Assembly (NCBI RefSeq): GCF_964188315.1
Contig: NC_135659.1
Span: forward strand, 84,630,001 to 84,694,000
DNA from: Podarcis muralis
Taxonomy: Eukaryota
Direction: 5' to 3'
DNA length: 64,000 nt
Of this stretch, positions 54,256 through 64,000 are shown piece by piece (the stretch's first letter is position 1; every line of letters starts with the position of its first letter). The notes below the pieces were generated by a model. The model did not search any database and was not told where the DNA came from. It worked only from the letters and a program-made list of their open reading frames with translations. The position numbers and the translations under genes were made by a program.

Positions 54256-57200
54256 AAAACAAAGTAGCATGTTCTATCGTTGGAGATTCATTATGTACTC
54301 AATAATAAGCAACATACAGAATAGAACAGTGGTGGCTCTTTTGGCACCAGAAGTGCAAAGGAGATGTTTCACTATTTAAGCTGGAAAATTACGGGATTGT
54401 TAGGAAGCAATGGGTTTATCTGTATGTGCATGCATTTCATTTGGTAATTTCCATATACAACCTTGTATTACCACCATGCATTCTTAGATACATCTAAAAC
54501 AAATCATGCAGATATTGTATATTATTTAGAAATGTATAAATTCAGCACACTACTTACATGCAATTCCTTTATACATTCACCCATATGTATTCTGCATGCA
54601 TACATGTATTTTCAAGGCAGTTGGGCTGATTATTCTGCAGTTTTGATTTTTAAGTTTAAGTGGGGGTGGAATTTTTTCCTGCGATAACAGCTTTTGCATT
54701 GCTGTTTAGCATCTTTGAATCCCTTGCATATCCAAGGGATCTTGGCAAACCGCTGCTGGTGAGAATGGGCACTTAGTCTAATCTGATATAAGAGCTTCCT
54801 GGTTATATAAGAGAGCAGATGCCTGGGCGATCATACCCTAAAAGTGATTCTATTGTAATGCTACCTAACCAATCAGGTGGGTGACATGGCAACTGAGACC
54901 AAAGTTCATGTAAACGAATAAGTGAGCATTTTTCGCAAGGAATCCTGAAAAATCATCAACAGGTTGAGATGGCTTTCAACACTCCAAGAAACATTTATGG
55001 AAAACCATGAATAGTTTGGCTCAGCCCTAAACGTCAAGGCTATGCCCAGAGTAATGTATCCTTGCAGCATTCTCCAGTGATGATATCACAGTGGCCAACT
55101 TTGAAAGGTGCTCCGCAAAGGAAACATAATTAAGTGCTACCCAATATCATGGGACTGACTAACAGTTCATTCGCACAACGTGCTTTTCCCATCACTGGAC
55201 GATCAGCTTCCCACAACTGCAGGCGGCAATTCCCTCATCTGCACCAAATGCATTTGCATGGGAATTCTCTGTTGCAAGAGTCATCGTGGGGAATTGTTCC
55301 ATGATGGGAAAAACATACAGGAACACGAAACCAAAAAAGAGAGAGCAAAATGTAATTAATGCTGCATTGGCATCACTCTAACAATATTGTCAGCAGATAG
55401 CTCAGTAAAAACCAGGACAGCTTAAGGCGCCGGACAAAATACCTTGATCAATTCTAGCAGCATAGTTTTGAGGTTGCACTGCTGAACAATATGCTAAGCT
55501 TTCGCACTGGTTTTGTTTTGCTCCCTATTGGAGCCAGGAATGAAGAGCCACCATGATTTGAGCTGCAGGGTATATCAGGGGACCACAAGGAATGATCTCT
55601 GCAAATGAAGCACCTAGAAATACTGTGACGTTATTAGAATACAGAAACAGTTCACTCTGCACCACCCACTGGTAGGCTGCAACTTCCTAACACACATTAT
55701 ACCTTTCGGGCTACAACAGGGAGGAAGAACAAGAAAGAGGGAGAGGGGTGGGGAGAGGAGAACGAGGAAAGGACAGACTTGAGAATAAACTTGGACACAT
55801 GATTGAATATTTACATCGGGCCCCGTTCTGTAGCTTGGGATTAAAAGTGGTTTCTGAGTCTGAAAAACGTCAGGTCGATTAGCACAGTGGCCAACCCAGC
55901 TCTGAAAGCTGTTCTCTCACCTACAATGCATTGCTTTATGCTGTTCCTCACCAGGCATCCATGCCCATGCCATATCTTCTCAGTAAAGCTCAGACAGAGT
56001 TATCGGATGCTGCTGTTCTCTCTTTTAAAGATTGCAGAAGAAAGCTTTTGTCTTGCACAGTGTATGTAGGTAAGGTTAGTCACTTTGTGTCGGCGATGTG
56101 GCAAGACACCAGTAACACAGGCCAGGCTTCTTCACTGCTGGATATGGGAGGGGGAGAAGGATGCTCTTAGTGAGCTGCATCTGCCATGACTAGCTTGGAG
56201 TGCATCATCGTGCCTGTGGGAGTGCTCTGGATTGCAGCCTGTGTGTCATGGCTCTTCAGCTTGTGTCTGGTCACACAGAAACTCTTTCCCCATCCATCCC
56301 ACATCTGTGGCGAAACCAGGACTGTAGTTATCATGGCCTTCAAGCTGTGCTAAACATAAGCAATTCAGATATCTGGACAACTGGAAATCTGGTAGCTGTT
56401 TCCCTCATTCCTCATGTTTATCCTCTTCCGTACTTGTTCCGTAGTGTGAAGGGAGGGGGGGGGGAATATAGCATAAACTCAATCAAAATGCATCATTGTT
56501 CAGTATTGCAAATAAAAAACTGCACTTGGCAGATTTCCCCTTAAAGCGCCTCTTAATACGTATTGTCAAAACATCTAAAGATGTCTCTTACTCATAAGCA
56601 TTTAATTATTTGTGACACTCAAACTAATATCCAGAGCTGTGGGGGGAAAATAATGGTATTAAATATTTTCTCTTGTCAAATGGTAACAAAACATTGCCTA
56701 CATGATAAACTCTTCATTATTTTCATGTAATGTATTTCAGTTAGATAGATATATAGATGATGAGATTGAATGAGATTTCTGATGTCCATCTCTGATTCTT
56801 GATATCCATCCCTTATGTACCAATTTGTTTTTATTTGTTTATTTTAAATGTTTATTATATCCTGCCTTACCTTCTGAAAGCGAGCAGCAAAAAGGCCAAT
56901 AAAAGTTCATACTACAAAGTGGTTGAAACCATAGAAAACGTATTTTCTTTTTCTAATAAACAAAGTCTCGTAGTCTATACACATATATTGTGAGCTACAC
57001 AAGACAAATGCAAACTACAACTGAAAATGTCTTCTCTGACCATTTTGTGTGGGTGGGTGGGTGAGTGGTGGCAAAATCATGATAAATCATGGGAGGGGGA
57101 AAAAGAAATTCCTCCAAAATTTTGGAAGTGGTTCCTTCTTACATTACAAAGGGGAAAAGGTTTTTCTTTTATCCTTGCTTTAAAAAATCTTTTTTTAAAC

Positions 57201-59673
57201 AGTGGTGCCAGGTTCTCTCTGCATGTCAACTAGTGGGGAAGACCTTTTGGTCTGCTCAGTCTGCAAACTGTTGATGATAAACTTCAATGCACTTGCTTTT
57301 CCTTTTGATTGTTAACTATATTTTTTAAAGTATTGGAACATAAATGCCTTCAGTTTCCCTCCTTTCCAACCAACCCCTCTGTGCGGCCCTGGGCACTAGC
57401 AACCCACGCTATGCCACTGGATGGCACAGATTCTGCATGCAAAGATGATGCTCTACTCTGGGCTACAAGCCTTCAGTGCACCACTGCATAGAAGAGCAAG
57501 TGTGCGTAAAAGCATATGTATTTAAAATGTCTAATTGTGACACTTGAGGCTTCTTTCAGTGCAAGACAGGAGCCTCAGAACCCAGTGGTACAGGATGTGT
57601 TTGTGTGTGTGTGTGTGTGTGTCTGTGTGTGTTTGTCACACAACCAGCTTTACTATGGAGCTGTATGAAGCAGTTGCTTCAGGGAGCAGATCTTACGGAG
57701 GCACAATTTCCAATTTTCTGACCTCTAACTCTGTGTGTCGTTTAAAATACGTCTATCAAAGTGCCTCATCGTTTCAACTTTTTTATTTATTATTATTACT
57801 TCAGGTACCAGCATGTTTAAAACCAAAATCTTGAGAAGATTTTGGCAGTGATTTTTCTCTTAACAGATTTGTGACGTAGAGGCTGAAGCCAAGATGCAAA
57901 GGGAAGGGCCCAGATGCTATGTTTATGGCAATGGATTTATTTTTTAACTTCCCCTGCCTTCATTTCTACCTTGGGGCACACAGCTTCCCCTAAAGAATCA
58001 TGGGGGGGAAGTGAGAGGTAGCAGGCAAAAGAAGTGAATTTTCCCATTTTTCACAACAAGGTATACCTACCACAAAAACCATTGTGTCAGGTTTCTTACC
58101 CAGGAGAACCTCCCTCACAGTCTGCACTAAAAAATAAATAAATTCCACCAATGGAGAGAATGTGATTTCTGTTTCCCCATCCCAGAACAGTAAATTCTGC
58201 CCTTGTGGAAAAATCACAGCACTTATCTTTTTGAACACAGACAAGCTTCATTTACTCAGAAGCAACAACCATACTTACATCCAACTCTGGCAAAAAATAA
58301 AAAAAATAAAGCCTCTTCTTTTTTAAAAAAATAAATGAACTTCAAATATTCCCTGCACAAACACCCTGGAAGGATCTGGTTGATATTTGGCAGGTTTAAT
58401 CCACTCTGGAGGGGCTTGTTTTACCTGCATATTTCATCTGCTTATGCAAAAAAAAAAAGGGGGGGGTCTATAGTTGTTTTAATTTCTCTGTTATCTTTAA
58501 TAGGGGTGAAAGCAAGCTTTGGTTTTAATAGATCTGATTTGAACCTGAATAACAGATCAAATCAGAATGAAACATTGTGGACCTGAAAGCGAGCTGTTTC
58601 CAAATGTTACAGATCAGACACAGACACAAGGTAAATCTTGTGGTCACTGCACATTCCTGGATAATGCAGAGCAAAATGGCCCAGTTGTCTGACTCAAAAT
58701 AAGACAGCTTCCTAATTTTTTTACATTCTTGAAGGTTGAGAAGAACGTTCTATAGAGAACATTCATGGGGAGCCGCACTCAGAAGGGACACACGTGGATA
58801 TGGCAAAGAATACAACAAAATTTTGGATTGAAGCCTATGATATCATACTAGTTTCTAGATAACATTTCAGCAACATAAGCCCCAGCAGAGCAAGAAAGTA
58901 GGTTATTTGGTGCTCTGTGGAGCAGATTGGATCTGAGGTGAGAAGACCACCAATGTGTTTGTATGGCTGTAATACAGTGCCGCAAAGTTTTTACCTCTTC
59001 AAATGATTAGTGCTTTTTGAAATACGACACATCCTACAACACTAATATGTGTGCTAAATGTTACAGAACACCTCCCCCCCAGTACCTTTCTGAATTACAG
59101 CCTCAGATCTGGATTTTGTGACTTTTAACTTCAGTCTCTAATTATAACTAAAGAATGTCTGAAATGCACAGAGGTCTGCAATGCATCTTGGGGGAAAATC
59201 TTAAACATGGATAAATAATTTAGTTTGACAGAAACAGATGAGAAGGAACAATTTGGAAGTGAGTTCCATTTAGCATCTTATCTCTCAGAGATGATTTTGA
59301 CAAGGAAATGTGGGTTGGGCTGGGCTGGGTTCCCCCGTCACTCCAACCCCACTCTGGACCAAGTTGTATTATTTGACTTAACATTTTGTGTTAATTAATG
59401 GAATGTTTGAGTCTGCATTAATTTAAATTAATTTAATTAGACACTTGGGCAACGAAAGGTGCATTTGTCACTCTTGCAGAAATGGAACCCTAATATGTGT
59501 CAGTTAAGGCTTTCTGCAGAGTTCAGGGTGGTTTTTGATTGGTTGGGGCTCCCACAATCTGGACTAAGTAGTTCAGAGTCTTTTTGTTGTTCACTCGGAT
59601 GGTGAAGAGAAGGATCACCACTATGCACAATTATACAGTTGCATTAGAGACTTGCATAGTTTTGGATTGCAAC

Positions 59674-59749
59674 CAGTGCTATTTTTCTAGAAAAAGAGGT
59701 GCCAGAACTGAGTTCCATTGAGTTCCGGCTGGAAAAAAAAAAAGTCCTG
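59674..59749. mobile_element. 76-bp hAT MITE
   Basis: CAGTGCTATTTTT / AAAAAGTCCTG ends; perfect 8-bp TSD ATTGCAAC. Confidence 0.8.
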
Positions 59750-60032
59750 ATTGCAACCATTCTTTCAGTCTGTAGGAGTATAAAGTTGTGAACATTAATG
59801 TGCAGAAGCATAAACTTACGCTATGATCAGAGCTGAATACACAGAAGATTGCTGCCTAATTATTAACTTATTTATTTTTAAAAGGAAAGCCTGTGTTTGA
59901 AGTTACTGTATATATTGGTTTAATCACATCAATTAACTTTTTCCTTTTTTCCTTTTTACATAAATAAGCTCGTAAGTGTTTGGCCAGCAATGTTAGCGTC
60001 TGGTCTTTGCCAAGACAGAGCTTACTTGCAAG

Positions 60033-60090
60033 AGAGCCAATGTGGTGTAGTAGTTAAGAGTCTTTTACTAGGACCTGGGAGACCAAGTCC
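60033..60090 (+). mobile_element. Squam3-type SINE head, truncated/degenerate
   Basis: GAGAGCCAATGTGGTGTAGTAGTTAAGAG matches the head of 16001-16250. Confidence 0.65.
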
Positions 60091-62334
60091 TATTTGCAAG
60101 AGGCTGCTCTAGAGGTGGCATTGGGAGTGGAGGTTGCCAAGGATGGGGGAGATCTAGCCTCCAAGGGGTCCACTGCAGTTGTTGCTGCCACCCTTGCTCC
60201 AGCGTAGAAGCAGCGGGTGATGTGTTCCTTGGAGGCTGGATGCTGTGAGTCCTACTGCCTGAAGCAGTCACCTCACCTTACCTCACGAGTGGGCCGGTTT
60301 TGGGTGGGTGGGTGGTTATATACTGGTTCTGCTGTCCTCTGATCAGGTTCTGAGGTGCACTATAAACTGTGGTCTGTCATGAAAACCTGGGTAGAAAGGG
60401 GGGCACGTGGGAGCTGTTTTTGATTTTTCTCATTCCTGTTGAAGTTGGTGGGAGATAAAATTCTTGACACCAGGTCCAGGGCTGGTATAAACTTCCATCA
60501 ACAAACTTCCATCATAATACAGGGTTTGGAATTAATGTGCTTCTCTTTCATCCCACCCATGTCCCGCGCATGAGTCCACCCTGTTTTGGGTGCTCCCCTG
60601 TTGTATATTCCTGGGTGGAAATGCTTTGCAGTGGAATGTTCCAATGGTGTATTGGGGAGTTCAAAGCATATCTCAAGTTGTTCAGACAGAGTGGTTTTCT
60701 GTCAGCTTCTAGAGCCCCTCGGTCATTAGATCTTGAGTATAAGACCGCACCCTGAATCAAAACACTGTTCTCATTTAAATGAATTACAATATGCCCCGAT
60801 TCCACAAACTTTGATAGGAAACAATGACATAAGTTGAATGTTTGCTCTTGGGAATGTACAAAACGGTGTAAGAACAACAAATTTTCACTGGGAGGAATAA
60901 ACCCACAAGGACTTTTCAGTTCCAGTGTAAGGAATCCAGATAATTGAACTCAAAATCTGTTTTATTTTATTTTTTAAATGTGATGTAATGGTGACCTACT
61001 CGTTTGATTTCTCATGAGTGACATAAAATTCTAGATAGCAGATTATAAACCCTGATTAAAATGTAATGTGACCTGTTTCATTTTACAGAAGACACTTAAG
61101 AATGGTTATAGAGACATTTGTAAATATGTCTAATGCATGAGAATTTTCAGGTCTATTCTTAGGCTTTTAGAAAATGCGGTGCCATCAGGAATTTAAAAAA
61201 GAAGCCTGATCTGAAGGGATAAAAAATACTACTGATTTAGTTTTTTAAACCACTGTTGTGCTATGTAGAGTAAAAGGGGACTAAAATAAAATAAAACCAC
61301 AAGAATGTTTGCTTTTAACTCCTTTTTTTGCATTGTTAAAAATGTGGAACAGTTCACTTTAAAGTTGAGATTCTAAAGGGAGATGCATTATCTAAGTTAT
61401 AAACAGAGTGTTTGGTAAGGAGTCGCTCAAGTCTCGAAGAAAGAAAAGGAAGGTGGGGGAAATACAAAAAAGCACAACTTTTGCAAAAAGGGCTTTTATA
61501 TCTCTATTAATTATAGAAGCACCAGCTGTGGTGGATTACAAACATGCTAGGCTGGCTGGGACACCACAGGGGGAGACGTTGTGCAAAGGGCTCTATCCAG
61601 ATTGGCCACACGCCCACACTTTATGCAGATGTTTTCATAGGGTTTGCTAGCTTCTATTATGTGCCAAGACAAATTTCTGCCATTTTGGTTTGAGCTTATT
61701 GCAGTCTTCTGCGTACCTGACGGCACCTATTTCATACATACAGCATCTGTCATAGAGAGCTTGCAATCTAAATTTTGAGGGGAGCTGGGACTTTTAAAAA
61801 TCACTGCCACTGTGCAGAGTGGGGTCAAGGCTGTAGTATGTACTGAGGTAGTGGGGGGTGCAAAGAAGTAACCTTTTCCTTCTGTGCTTCTGTCCCTCTG
61901 AAAAATCACCCTTGAAGCTTCTTTTCCCATAGGAAGGAAGCTGCCATGTGTGGCATGTTTCTCTTACAATGGAAATAGCAGCCAGTGGGGGTGTGTGTGT
62001 CATTTTCCCCAGGATCACAGCACAGAGTGAAAAAATTACCACCAGCACCCATGTTCCACCATTTCGGTCATGATTCCTTCTTGCCTGACAGTGGTTGTTT
62101 TTAATGGTAAAACCAAAACACATACAACATATAGTTCAGTTTGGCCACCCCAGTAGAAGAATTTCACCTGGCTTTAAAAAATAAATAAATTCCAACTTCC
62201 TTCAAAATCCCTACAGATGTTTCAGCTGAGCAGGATTCATTCAAAATTCCCTTTAAGAGATAATTTTGTGATAGTTCTACCAGTTTGGTGTTGCACAGCA
62301 GGTTATCTTATCCCAAGGAAGGCAGACACAGTTA

Positions 62335-62569
62335 CAGTCGTACCTTGGGTTTTGAACAGAATGCATTCCAGAAGTCCGCTCAACTTCCAAAATATTTGGA
62401 AACCAAGGTGTAGTTTCCGATTGGCCGAAGGAGCATCCTGCAGCCAATAGGAAGCTGTGGAAGCCACACTGGATGTTCGGCTTCTGAGGCAAAGTTCGCA
62501 AACTAGAACACCTACTTCCGGGTTTGCAGCGTTTGAGTTCCAAGTTGTTCATGAAGTAAGGTACGACTG
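62335..62569. mobile_element. Tc1/mariner (Tigger-like) MITE
   Basis: TIRs CAGTCGTACCTT / AAGGTACGACTG; TA on both sides. Confidence 0.85.
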
Positions 62570-64000
62570 TATAAGGCAAGTACAGATTCTTTTACTTGAA
62601 GTGATGAGCCACTGCATGTTAGAAACAGAAGCAATCCAGGAAGAGGAAACTGAAAGCTAAACTGAGAACTCAAGAAGGACACCCAGAGGCTCCCTGCTCC
62701 CAGGCACACCACCCTTAGTGGTGTTTTCTTCTAGTCATGGTGGGTGTCAATTAAAGACTGTTGCCCATTCTAACATTCTGCTGTACCAGATAGTCTGTGG
62801 CAGCCTTTGCCAACCTTGTGCCCTTCAGACTGCAACTCCTATTGGACTGGAAAAGGCTGCTCTAAGCACTTGCCTTCCTAGAGCTGTAGTGAGTGGCTGC
62901 CTGTTCCTATCTTGAATGTGTGTCTTATTTCTTCACCATTTCATCTAATTTTCTTGCTGGCAAAACTGTGCCCAGACTGTACTGCTTCAGACTGCAGAGG
63001 GGGGTAGGGCCTGATTGCACACAAGTGCGCACGCACACACACACACAGGGAGGAAAATAATTTACAAAAAGAAAAGAAATCTCACAGCTTGACAGGACCA
63101 CAAAGACAGGAAAGTTAGATATCACAAAGAAAAATATGTTAGCACAACAACGAGAGATGGACAGTGGAGCTCTTTGGCATGGCTGAGGCAAAGAAAAATT
63201 GGTGTGTCAAAGTGTGTACAGGTCACATCACTTGGCTGATATCGAGAGGTAAAAAAGGGAACAACTTGGAGATTTCTGTGGTTCAGCTGTGCAGGGACTG
63301 TTTAGTTTTTCTTATTCTATTTCAAATTGCTCTGGGACTTAACTGCTTTTCTTTTACATAGAGCAACTGACATTATCAAGGTGCGTTGTGCATTTTGCAG
63401 TGGAGATGCAATTTTCTATTTCCTCTTGAATCCTGGGAATGTTGGCATTTTCCAGGCTGTCAGACAAATGAGTGCTCAGTAGGACATTTAGGCCTGTCTT
63501 TCTATCTAATCTATCTAATCTATCTCATTTCTAAAGTGCCCATCACCTTGGCATCTAGGTGTAACCTTCCTGTCCAAGTCTCTTTAGCTGGGATAATTTA
63601 GCCGAATCCTAAGAGAGTTCAAATGCCGCACGATCCGGTTGAAACCGTCTTTTATGAGAATGGATTCAAAACCTATGGCTTTAATGGGTTTGGTATTGCT
63701 CTCCTCTCAGTCTGCACAGCAGGCTACAGGATTCCAATTCCTTTATTTTGTGGGTGCTGTAACAGATGCCCTGTGATCAAAAGAGCATGTATGGTAGAGG
63801 CAACAAGGGACATTAGCACACCCAGTTCTCATCCAGGTCCTGCAATTCAGCCTTGAGGCCATTCCACAGGAATGGTGATGTGACTGAGGAAGTATGAGTT
63901 ATGCTTCACTCTGCGAGGATGTCAATCATTTGTTCAGATTGAATGGTGTAGTTCTGTCACTTGCATGTAAAGATCCCAAAACCCGCTAGAAATAAATTCA

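Larger units (their letters stand above)
42521..64000 (+). other. TSHZ2: TSHZ2 intron 1 (continues beyond the window)
   Basis: Starts with GTAAGG; no sequence resembling exon 2 (GYAQEE-type start, zinc fingers) in the window; TSHZ genes have very long first introns. Confidence 0.85.

Noticed and set aside
4324-61026. Shared 13-mer ATGAGTGACATAA at 4324 and 61014
   Set aside because: Dozens of chance 13-mer matches are expected within 64 kb

Overview
Vertebrate (squamate, most likely lacertid lizard) genomic DNA. The only protein-coding sequence I can support is the 40-nt first coding exon of TSHZ2 (teashirt zinc finger homeobox 2; MPRRKQQAPKRAA-G|GTAAGG) at 42481-42520 on +. It is preceded by a CpG/G-rich promoter and a long (GT)n-initiated 5'UTR and followed by the start of the long intron 1. 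The upstream ~39 kb is gene desert packed with squamate transposable elements: L2, CR1, BovB, a second RTE, L1, Sauria/Squam1 and Squam3-type SINEs, hAT, Tc1/Tc2 and Harbinger-like MITEs, and a Penelope terminus. Many are nested with readable target-site duplications (TSDs), and they are separated by TE-free blocks that look like conserved enhancers. Almost all ORFs in the supplied track are TE fragments or microsatellite artefacts. The most interesting signals are an intact minimal hammerhead ribozyme inside an inverted Penelope end, a dense PBX/MEIS site cluster ~15 kb upstream of TSHZ2, a Tc2-type MITE built from four covarying hairpins, a sharp TE-free zone around the promoter, and a speculative 3-nt in-frame microexon in intron 1. 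I found no convincing evidence of a wholly new system. Enhancer and splicing calls are hypotheses from motifs only.
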